Shown in pieces: positions 28,901 to 36,042 of a DNA stretch of 64,000 nt (the stretch's first letter is position 1; each line of letters starts with the position of its first letter). The DNA comes from Gammaproteobacteria bacterium (GTDB lineage: Bacteria; Pseudomonadota; Gammaproteobacteria; JBCCGL01): assembly GCA_965277715.1 (NCBI GenBank), contig OZ255836.1:4111632-4175631 (forward strand), written 5' to 3'. Made by a program: the position numbers and the translations under genes. The notes under the pieces are model-generated. The model was not told the origin of the DNA, ran no database searches, and worked only from the letters and a program-made list of their open reading frames with translations.

Positions 28901-30586
28901 CTCTATACCTTGCTGGCAGCACTGATTCTGGTGCTTGGCGGGCTGGCCTGGTTTGTCGGTGTGCGCTGGCATCCACTGGTGCGGCTGGCGGTTAATCAAG
29001 GCCCCACCGCGCTGGCACTGCCCCAGCTGGGCCAGGCGCGCCGCTGGCTGCAACGCGCCCGCCTGTGGCGGGATACCGTGCAGGCGCAAGGGCTGGCAGC
29101 GCGCTGGCAAAGCGCCGAGGCGTTTTTGGCCTGCCCTGACCCGGTGCAGCAAATCGAACAACTGGCCGGGCGTTTACAGGCCGAGGTGTTGCCCGCGAAT
29201 GAGGCTACCCCCACCTGGCTGGCCACCTTGCGTCTTAACGAAGGCTTTATCCTGCGCTTACCACAGTGCACGGTGGCGCTGCCCGGCGCCGATCATTCTA
29301 TCGACCAGATCACCACTCAGCTACGCCGTTGCGAAGGTGTATGCCTGCTAATCACCACAGACCCGGATCAACAGGCCGCGCTGCGCGCCGACCGCCAGGC
29401 CACCTGGGTGATACCGGACAACCAGGCTTTGGTGCGCCTATGGCTGGCAGCGGCGGATAAGGTTAACGATCAACTGGCCTCTATTATCGCCGAGCAGGTC
29501 GATACCCGTAGCCTTTCGCCCTGGCGCACTGGTCACGGTATGGAGGATATGACGATGTTTTTTGGCCGCGACCAGTTACTGCGCGATATCCTCGAACGAC
29601 CACCGCGTAACTACCTGCTGGTTGGGGCGCGGCAGCTGGGTAAAACCAGTCTGCTGCAAAAACTGCAACATCTCTGCGATCAGCGCGATACATTGCGTGG
29701 CTTTAAAATCTCGCTGGGCTCCGGCCATTTTGCCATCGATTTGCAACGCATCGCTGGGCAGTTGGCGTTGGCGCGCAACGCCTCTTTGCCAGACATTCTC
29801 ACTGCGTTGGCGCACCCGCCCGCCGGGATCCATCACTGGTTGTTAGTCGACGAGGCCGACGAGCTGGCGGGCAACCACACCCCGGAAAATGCAGCGGTTT
29901 TAGATCAAATGCGCAACCTGAGCGCCGAGGGCCGCTGTCATTTTATCCTCGCCGGGTTTTGGGGCCTGTACCGTGAGGCGATACTGGAGTACCAATCAAA
30001 ACTGAAAAACTTTGGTGACCTGCTGCTGTTGGATGCTCTGGAAGACAAGGCCAGCCGGGCGCTACTCACCCGGCCTATGCACGCCTTGCAGATTCACTAC
30101 CAGGATGACACCCTGGTAACGCGGATTCTGCACGAGACCGGCGGGCGCACTAATTTGCTGGCTATTGTCGCCGATGACCTGGTGCGCCGACTTGGCAATC
30201 AACGCCGGGTGATTACCGATGAAGATATCAGCGAAGTGCTAAACGATGCGGTGTTTCAGGATCGCCTGCTCGACTGGAAAACACTATCAGGGAATATACT
30301 AGATCAAATACTGGTATACGCTAGTATCGACCTCAACCCACTAGAGCAGGGTTTTACCGAGGCTGAATTATGGCAACGGTTGGATGAATTGGGAGACGAA
30401 GTATCCGATGATGCCGTACAAAATTCGCTGATTCGTTTACGGCTGGGATTTATCATCAAACGCGTTGGTGGACGTTACTACTATCGCGTGCCCGTGCAAG
30501 TACAGCAAATCCTCGACAGCGAACCGGAGCGTGCCTTGCGTAGATTGCTCAATTCTTTAGTCGGTGATATATCGAAACAATGTTGA
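25964..30586 (+). CDS. giant multidomain protein: signal peptide or anchor, then about 16 WD40 repeats, beta-rich linker domains, a single TM helix, then a cytoplasmic STAND/AAA_16-like P-loop NTPase with a C-terminal winged-helix
   Basis: N-terminal hydrophobic leader (LRYGLLLGLCVGWLPLGVVA). 16 units of a 42-aa WD40-like blade (HAAFSPQGDRIVTASxDNTARLWNADxGELIAVLEGHTxxV). A TM helix (LYTLLAALILVLGGLAWFVGVRW, nt ~28897-28970). Then FFGRDQLLRDILERPPRNYLLVGARQLGKTSLL, which is the FxGR-x(n)-GxxxxGKT/S pattern typical of STAND/AAA_16 ATPases. Walker B HHWLLVDEADEL. C-terminal wH-like RLRLGFIIKRVGGRYYYRVP. GTG start coupled to the CHAT gene. Confidence 0.75.
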   Translation: MQLRLSVALRYGLLLGLCVGWLPLGVVADAVRPALVPAGEQLASGEGALDSLARRLNTRLGTVHHAAFSPQGDRIVTASSDNTARLWNADNGELIVVLEGHTDWVNHAAFSPQGDRIVTASDDNTARLWNADNGELIAVLEGHTGRVYHAAFSPQGDRIVTASGDDTARLWNADDGELIDVLKGHTDWVNHAAFSPQGDRIVTASDDNTARLWNADNGELIAVLEGHTGRVYHAAFSPQGDRIVTASGDDTARLWNADDGELIDVLKGHTDWVNHAAFSPQGDRIVTASDDNTARLWNADNGELIAVLEGHTGRVYHAAFSPQGDRIVTASGDDTARLWNADDGELIDVLKGHTDWVNHAAFSPQGDRIVTASDDNTARLWNADNGELIAVLEGHTGRVYHAAFSPQGDRIVTASRDNTARLWNAGDGELIAVLEGHTGRVYHAAFSPQGDRIVTASRDNTARLWNADNGELIVVLEGHTSWVYHAAFSPQGDRIVTASRDNTARLWNADNGELIVVLEGHRNRFYHAAFSPQGDRIVTVSGDDTARLWNADDGELIDVLKGHTDWVNHAAFSPQGDRIVTASGDNTARLWNADNGELIVVLEGHRNRVSHAAFSPQGDRIVTASGDDTARLWNADNGELIAVLEGHRNRVSHAAFSPQGDRIVTASRGKTVRLWSADDGELIAVFEGHTDRVTHAAFSPQGNRIVTASFDGSIRLWDTDTAKPLRLMVATSNGQWLNCQANGHCLRHDDGTLFWPPLPPQATGGKLSLENLPEATIDTCMSLPCEPRDFVVGIRNTGTAPLYWLQVVSAESGPVSLSLPPPPLPPLHPDDHVELSIRLASVAPTQQPQRQNTSIKLAIRHAHGELPIDLPVTVRTPEITLLEASLTENRETIAVQVSNHGGVSLSQAVAEAAINGQAIPGSLNLPVLPGNMSKPQQLAFTAPADFNYPDDTEFTLQLRNANYPHYQWTLKHPLTLPWQLYTLLAALILVLGGLAWFVGVRWHPLVRLAVNQGPTALALPQLGQARRWLQRARLWRDTVQAQGLAARWQSAEAFLACPDPVQQIEQLAGRLQAEVLPANEATPTWLATLRLNEGFILRLPQCTVALPGADHSIDQITTQLRRCEGVCLLITTDPDQQAALRADRQATWVIPDNQALVRLWLAAADKVNDQLASIIAEQVDTRSLSPWRTGHGMEDMTMFFGRDQLLRDILERPPRNYLLVGARQLGKTSLLQKLQHLCDQRDTLRGFKISLGSGHFAIDLQRIAGQLALARNASLPDILTALAHPPAGIHHWLLVDEADELAGNHTPENAAVLDQMRNLSAEGRCHFILAGFWGLYREAILEYQSKLKNFGDLLLLDALEDKASRALLTRPMHALQIHYQDDTLVTRILHETGGRTNLLAIVADDLVRRLGNQRRVITDEDISEVLNDAVFQDRLLDWKTLSGNILDQILVYASIDLNPLEQGFTEAELWQRLDELGDEVSDDAVQNSLIRLRLGFIIKRVGGRYYYRVPVQVQQILDSEPERALRRLLNSLVGDISKQC
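26140..28120 (+). repeat. intragenic tandem DNA repeats (126-bp WD40 unit; 252-bp super-unit) with near-100% nucleotide identity
   Basis: At least three perfect 252-bp copies lie between about 26280 and 27100. The minus-strand ORFs 26345-26536, 26597-26788 and 26849-27040 have identical translations at exact 252-bp spacing. About 10 further, slightly diverged 126-bp units follow. Confidence 0.9.
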
Positions 30587-30708
30587 GGAGCGCATAACGG
30601 TAGACTGTAAGCGCCCTTAAATCAGCCTCTATTCCAAGGTAATGTCCAAAACGACATTCCAAGGTAGCAAGGCCTCTATCTTTTCAAGGAAAAAAAAAGA
30701 AAAAAAAA

Positions 30709-30806
30709 GGGGTCAAGGCAGTTATTTCCTATATTTCTTGCTGGAAATCACTGTTTTTATCCGTATTAGTCGTTGTATGGTGAATAATAAGCCTGACCCC
30801 CTTGCT
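30709..30806. mobile_element. MITE-like ~95-bp repeat element, copy 1 (short GGGGTCA terminal inverted repeats)
   Basis: AAAAAGGGGTCAAGGCAGTTATTTCCTATATTTCTTGCTGGAAA(T/C)CACTGTTTTTATCCGTATTAGTCGTTGTATGGTGAATAATAAGCCTGACCCCCTTGCTTTT. It recurs almost identically at 34784 and 37611. Its ends are inverted (GGGGTCAAG ... CCTGACCCC). Confidence 0.55.
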
Positions 30807-31187
30807 TTTAGGCTACGCAAAATTAGCCACAGCAGAAATACAATACCAGCGAGCTGGATGGTTATACCGAGAACAGCATTCATAAGGGGTTTCTCCAGAT
30901 TACGCCGGGGGAACCTCCTTCCCTGCCGGGAAGAAAAACCCCGGCAGGGTGGTTAAAACAAAATAAAAACAAAAAATAATGGGCTGCTTCTTTTGAGAGA
31001 CCAGCTATCTCTTAGGGCATACCTATCGGCAACGCCCTGACACTGACCGGGGTCAGCAATAAGTAGAAACCAAGATAGCGTGTCCTGCTAGAACGGGCAG
31101 TGAAGAAGATGGCAGTTTTTAACACCTATCGCACCGCCACAAAAATACACTGGTACTACCCTGATATTTTTATCTGGTGGCAATGTT

Positions 31188-31772
31188 ATGGCATCTAAAA
31201 CCCCCTATTCTCGTCCAACCTTTGAACAATCTTTTACGCTGCACAGCCTTCAGGCCCAGCGGGTGGTGCAACGGGTGCTGAGGCGTACCGTACACGCCTT
31301 ATACGGCATTGAAGTAATTTTACGGATTATTGGGGATGAAAAAGCCATTGACGAAGTGGACGGCATTATCCGGGACGCGGTAACTCATGCCGCCAGCGAA
31401 CTGGAGCAGGAACAAAGCCGACTGAATCTTTTAATGGAAGAAAACGGCATTGATGAGACGCCAAACTATACCCACCCGTACACCTTTACGGCCAAAATCA
31501 GTTCGCCGCAAATCGGTCAGTTTATAGGACTGATACGCAAACTGGATGCCGTGATGATTGCCCGTGATACGCTTTGGTTAACCGGGGTTATCAGCAATCA
31601 ACAGAGGGCAGATGGGAATTTTGATGGGCAGCAAAAACTTACCCTGCTGGCACGGCATATTATTGATATTGAAACGCGAGCAAGGCAATCGGCGAATAGC
31701 CAAGGTAAGCAGGAAGAAGTGGAGGCGGTGGTGCCGGTGATGGAGGAAGTACTGGAAGCTGAAGAAGATTGA
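31188..31772 (+). CDS. hypothetical protein (island-encoded)
   Basis: 194-aa ORF in the AT-rich island. It has an acidic C-terminus (EEVEAVVPVMEEVLEAEED). No motif I can name with confidence. Confidence 0.35.
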   Translation: MASKTPYSRPTFEQSFTLHSLQAQRVVQRVLRRTVHALYGIEVILRIIGDEKAIDEVDGIIRDAVTHAASELEQEQSRLNLLMEENGIDETPNYTHPYTFTAKISSPQIGQFIGLIRKLDAVMIARDTLWLTGVISNQQRADGNFDGQQKLTLLARHIIDIETRARQSANSQGKQEEVEAVVPVMEEVLEAEED

Positions 31773-31937
31773 GAAGATTAAATAACCACCAACTAAAGTC
31801 GGTAAGTCCAATATTGGCTAAGCCGCCATCAGACTTCACATGTCCAATTAACTATCCAGTGGTTGACCTGCATTACCGGAAGGGACTCTCATCTATTGGA
31901 GATTTTGACTTGATTGCATACCCATTTATTTGATCGA

Positions 31938-33122
31938 TTATTCAGCGGTACAGCTAATCGTTTTGTTAGTCCACGGAGCACCATTCCAAGAATCTTCGAC
32001 TCCTGGAGAAACTCGGCTTAATAGTTCATCAGATACTTCGCCGTCTCCACCACATTGCTCAAAACTAGTCTGCACACCATGTACGAATAGGCTTGCAGAA
32101 TCTCCACAAAGCACTGGCTTATCAATTGATGTCAGCACTGAGCTAGAGAGAAGTACTAACCTGTACACAGGGTTCAGATAGGCATCGAAACCTGGAATGA
32201 TATACTGTCCAGCTGGCAATTGAGCAAAGCGTCGAAAACCGGTAAGGGTTTGAAACGCTATCATGTCAGAAGCAGCCCGCTGTGCAAATGTTTCTAATAC
32301 ACCGTCATCCTCCCAATCTGTAATTGGGTTTGAATGAAGCGCTTCGACTTGACGGGCAGCACATCTGTCCGCATTGATTTCATTCGGGTTTGGATTGGAT
32401 GCACAAAACAAATCGTTCGAGGTTTGGAGAGCCAGGATGTGTTGAAACAAGCCAGACGTTTCCATACGCGACTTTGTGCTTACGGGGCACTTTTCGTTGT
32501 TAATGTGATACGTCTCATGACCCACCAGTGAGGCCAGATTGAACGCCATTATGCGATTTTGAATAACTGCTATTCTGCGTAGATTAGCTGAAACATTGTT
32601 CTGCTCAATGCCTTGAAATTGATTGTCAATGAACGTGCGAAGTGGCTCTTGCATCGCCGCAACGTTATCTGCATGAACGGTCTCGTCTGCATATCCGAAC
32701 GCCAGTTTGACAGGACGGTCAAACGCAATTCGAAATGACTCATAGTCTGGGTAAGCGCCTTGAACAAATTGTATTGCATACCAGCTTGCTACCATGTTCA
32801 TTCGCTGGAAGGCTGATTGGCGACAGAACATCTTCCCAGGTATTGCTGCGCAAACTGTATCAGGCATGCTGTCATTGCAAACTGCTCTTCGGATTTTCAA
32901 ATCCAGTTTTTCACTACCACCTTTTAGAATCGAAGTTAATTGAATCATACTTATGTGTTGCCAATTCGACCCGCCAAATGTTTCCTCGTGACAGATTGAA
33001 AGTTCAATCTCTGCATTTACCCGTTGAACTGACAATATTTGCACAATCGCAACAAAAAGCAGAATTGCTCTTGAGCTAATCATTTCAGTGCACCAATTAA
33101 TGTGTCGAGTACCCCCTCGCAA
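31938..33122 (-). CDS. hypothetical secreted protein with an HExxH zinc-metallopeptidase-like motif
   Basis: 394 aa. N-terminal signal peptide (ILLFVAIVQILSVQRVNA). HETYH motif (LASLVGHETYHINNEKC). Low GC. Confidence 0.35.
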   Translation of the reverse strand: MRGGTRHINWCTEMISSRAILLFVAIVQILSVQRVNAEIELSICHEETFGGSNWQHISMIQLTSILKGGSEKLDLKIRRAVCNDSMPDTVCAAIPGKMFCRQSAFQRMNMVASWYAIQFVQGAYPDYESFRIAFDRPVKLAFGYADETVHADNVAAMQEPLRTFIDNQFQGIEQNNVSANLRRIAVIQNRIMAFNLASLVGHETYHINNEKCPVSTKSRMETSGLFQHILALQTSNDLFCASNPNPNEINADRCAARQVEALHSNPITDWEDDGVLETFAQRAASDMIAFQTLTGFRRFAQLPAGQYIIPGFDAYLNPVYRLVLLSSSVLTSIDKPVLCGDSASLFVHGVQTSFEQCGGDGEVSDELLSRVSPGVEDSWNGAPWTNKTISCTAE

Positions 33123-33451
33123 TTACCAACATGTATCTGGACGGCGCTTGTCAGCCCCTGTAAGTCTTGATTTGGCAATTGGCTTAAGCTTTTTGTTCGT
33201 TTTAAGCTGGTCAGACAGTTTTCAACCGGGCCGACTTGTAAGCTTGCCAATTTGCTTACTCTTTCTCCACCTGGAGGAAATGCAACAGCAAGAGTCACCC
33301 CAGCAGTTAAAAACGCCGATAGAATTGTCCATACATAGGTTCGCTTCTTCCACTTGTCCTCAAGGGCCAGCTTCAGTTTCTCCAACTCAAATTTGGCATT
33401 TTCTAAGTCAGGTTGATTGTCCATCAGCTTAAGGTTCTTAGGTCTGACCAC
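33080..33451 (-). CDS. hypothetical small membrane-anchored protein
   Basis: 123 aa with an N-terminal coiled/charged region and then one TM helix (VWTILSAFLTAGVTLAVAF). It overlaps the neighbouring genes in an operon-like arrangement. Confidence 0.3.
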   Translation of the reverse strand: MVRPKNLKLMDNQPDLENAKFELEKLKLALEDKWKKRTYVWTILSAFLTAGVTLAVAFPPGGERVSKLASLQVGPVENCLTSLKRTKSLSQLPNQDLQGLTSAVQIHVGNCEGVLDTLIGALK

Positions 33452-33983
33452 ATTTTAGTGCCGCATCCAGGTTATCCTGCAAACCTGCTATATCCCAGGT
33501 TTCCAGCAAATCTCTAATAAGAGTAGGATCAAGCTCTGTGCCATCTTTTTTTAGGTAATACACCGACGTACGAGCACGTTCACGATTGATATCCACCTTA
33601 TAAGTTAATTCAAAAACTCCTTCGATATTATCACCGGTTGCGTGAAAAAAAATACTGCCAAGGGTTTTCTCGCGCCTCGGCAAAACCAAACCCTTCAAAT
33701 TCGTCCAGGCCACAAAAACGCTTTCTATTTTGTCTGTACAGTCAGCCAACTTTGGGATAAAACGGTTTTGAAAATAGGATGTCTGATCAAAGCCACCGCC
33801 GATACCTGGATCTTCAGGATCAGGTGCTGCGTCCAGTGATGAGACCGCCCCGATACTTGTCAACGCAGTTTTTGAGGTATTATCAGCAAGTGCAAGACCT
33901 ACATTGGCAAGTAAGCTGATAGTCAACACGACCAGAAGACAAGGAATGTTCAACATAGATATTTTTTCAATTCGTTTGAACAA
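33438..33983 (-). CDS. hypothetical secreted protein
   Basis: 181 aa with a signal peptide (MLNIPCLLVVLTISLLANVGLALA). First gene of a three-gene minus-strand cluster. Confidence 0.35.
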   Translation of the reverse strand: MFKRIEKISMLNIPCLLVVLTISLLANVGLALADNTSKTALTSIGAVSSLDAAPDPEDPGIGGGFDQTSYFQNRFIPKLADCTDKIESVFVAWTNLKGLVLPRREKTLGSIFFHATGDNIEGVFELTYKVDINRERARTSVYYLKKDGTELDPTLIRDLLETWDIAGLQDNLDAALKCGQT

Positions 33984-34369
33984 CTAATTATAACTTAACT
34001 ATTTTGTTTCTGTAGGCCCAAATTATTAACATGTGTTGTAAAAACCAAAGTTCGGTAGACGGTAAGTATACAGTTGTATTTAACCCTAATTCTTAGATAG
34101 GAACGTTTAAAGGTTATTGGGAAATGCTTTAATGGCCTGTGACGATTTGGTTTGCTATATTGTGTATAAATATACTTTTAGCTTTGCTATACCATCAAAA
34201 TTAAATTGTTTACTCAACAATATGGTTCCCGATGTGCTCGTACTTCAGGTGTGGCTGACCAAGCATGGAAAAATAAATATGCAAAGAGTTTACAGCAACA
34301 AGTGATTGTTTTCATTCAATTACGAGGCGAGCCATATGTTAATCATTTGCGTTTTGAAGGCTGAAAGTT

Positions 34370-35105
34370 GTGACTGATTTCTTGTTTAAGCACAGCACCA
34401 CGGTTGGCCAGCCCGGCTATTTTTTGCATGGTTTGTTATTAGACGGAAACCCCACATTCAGTGAAGGCGTGTACAGGCTTAACCATTGGGCCGTGCGCTT
34501 AGGCCGCGATGCGCATTCAGATGAAGCCCGCATGGCTTCTTTGCACGAAATGTATCATGCGACATTGAACGACAGTACTGCATACGGAACGTTAATGCAT
34601 GTGGTGGGATTATTTTGCCGCACCTATCCAGAAGAGAACCAATGGCCGAATCTTTTGCAGGCGCTTATCGACTCAGCGTTGCGCTGCCATGAAACCTATG
34701 CAACCTACGCGTCTGTATTTGTTGTTGGTAAAGGCTCGCCGAACAGAGCTGTGCTCGAACAGTATCCTGAAAGTCATTAAAAGGGGTCAAGACAGTTATT
34801 TCCTATATTTCTTGCTGGAAACCACTGTTTTTATCCGTATTAGTCGTTGTATGGTGAATAATAAGCCTGACCCCCTTGCTTTTCAAATTATGCGGGCGCA
34901 TGCGAATCTCACTGGTGCAGATGCTGATGGTTGGCTGACATCTCGTCAGGTTGCTGGATATCATCATGACGTATTTGCAACATATGGATTACCTGCCAGG
35001 ACTTTTGGTGGAACGCCAATAACAAGCGCTTTGTGGGAGTCAAACATTAATTTTGGAGGTTTTTTGGGCTACCGATATTGGTGTGATGGATGTGCTTCTC
35101 AATGA
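34370..35105 (+). pseudogene. hypothetical HExxH-motif gene disrupted by a MITE insertion
   Basis: The ORF 34370-34780 (contains LHEMYHATLND) stops exactly at the MITE border. The reading frame resumes after the element in a different frame (34884-35105: QIMRAHANLTGADADGW...). A ~97-bp insertion accounts for the +1 frame change. Confidence 0.45.
34784..34878. mobile_element. MITE-like ~95-bp repeat element, copy 2 (inserted in a coding sequence)
   Basis: Near-identical to copies 1 and 3 (GGGGTCAAGACAGTTATTTCC ... AAGCCTGACCCCCTTGC). Confidence 0.55.
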
Positions 35106-35806
35106 ATGGGCGTAGTTTACTGATTAGTTGTTTTTTTGTATTGCTTACAGCTATTTCGGTTGGCACGTATGCTTTTGACGTAGAAGAAATGAAACTGACA
35201 CTTGGTGAGCACCAATTAAGTATTCCAAAAAGCAATATTATTGATCCCAATGTACCGTTCTGGCTGCGTTTAATTCCGGGTTTAGCTCCCAGCACTGGAG
35301 AGATTCTGCTCTTGATAGATGCAGAAGATATTGCTAATCAGGTCGAGGGGTATCAAGCGTATGATGGCGAGTTAAAAAACAATATACATTTGCGTATATC
35401 AGTGCTTGATGTGAACGCGTTAAATCAAATTTTAGACCCTCAAATGCATGTCTATAGCGATGCTTGGTATGGGCGGGGATTATTGGAAGGTCGTACTATA
35501 GAGCTGCATGAGAAGTCTAGATTTTATAAGCTGTACAGAGGAGATGACACATTTTGGACAGCTGTAAAAATTTCACCTGATGCTTCTCAGCCTATACCTG
35601 ACGATCCTTTTGCTTTTTGGGTTGCAAGTTGTCATAAAGGAGAAGCTCCATTGACGAAATCAGGCTTTATAACAAGTTGTCTCACCAAGATGGTATATGA
35701 CAATCTTCTTTTGGATTTTAGTTTAAATGGAATAAATTTAGGTGTAGTAGATGGTGTGAAGACTATGCTGTCTCGCCAGCTTTTATTATGGAAAAATCAG
35801 AAATAA
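35090..35806 (+). CDS. hypothetical secreted protein
   Basis: 238-aa ORF with an N-terminal signal sequence (LLISCFFVLLTAISVGTYA). AT-rich codon usage. No known motif. Confidence 0.35.
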   Translation: MCFSMNGRSLLISCFFVLLTAISVGTYAFDVEEMKLTLGEHQLSIPKSNIIDPNVPFWLRLIPGLAPSTGEILLLIDAEDIANQVEGYQAYDGELKNNIHLRISVLDVNALNQILDPQMHVYSDAWYGRGLLEGRTIELHEKSRFYKLYRGDDTFWTAVKISPDASQPIPDDPFAFWVASCHKGEAPLTKSGFITSCLTKMVYDNLLLDFSLNGINLGVVDGVKTMLSRQLLLWKNQK

Positions 35807-36042
35807 AAATAAACATTTAGTTGAATGTCAAAACTGAGTTCAAAATCCCTAGCGGCTTGCTAGGGCTTTTTTGCTTTTACTCTTCGCTAGTCAACACCAA
35901 ACACCCGTCCATCACTCTGACCTTCACTGGCGAATCAATCTCAAATCCCGCTTTGATTAACCAATGGCCTTTGAGGTGAATCTCGCCAATGGGTGTGCGC
36001 TGTCGGCAGTTCTGGCTGAAATAAAAGGAAAAGGGGTCAGGC

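Noticed and set aside
28143-29846. Multiple ORFs of about 60-160 aa on both strands inside the 3' half of the giant gene
   Set aside because: Alternative-frame ORFs typical of high-GC coding DNA. The sense frame has a coherent domain architecture (TM helix, Walker A/B).
30642-30956. 104-aa ORF spanning the A-rich tract and MITE copy 1
   Set aside because: It reads through a homopolymer run and a mobile repeat. It gives a Lys-rich, low-complexity translation with no RBS.
31188-31772. Integrating-conjugative-element-associated protein identity for the 194-aa island ORF
   Set aside because: This is only a vague resemblance from memory with no diagnostic motif I can point to. Left as hypothetical.
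34599-35105. 168-aa ORF (MWWDYF…) treated as an intact gene
   Set aside because: Its 5' half is an out-of-frame read of the upstream gene plus the MITE. Only the 3' part (after 34884) is real coding sequence. That part belongs to the MITE-disrupted pseudogene.
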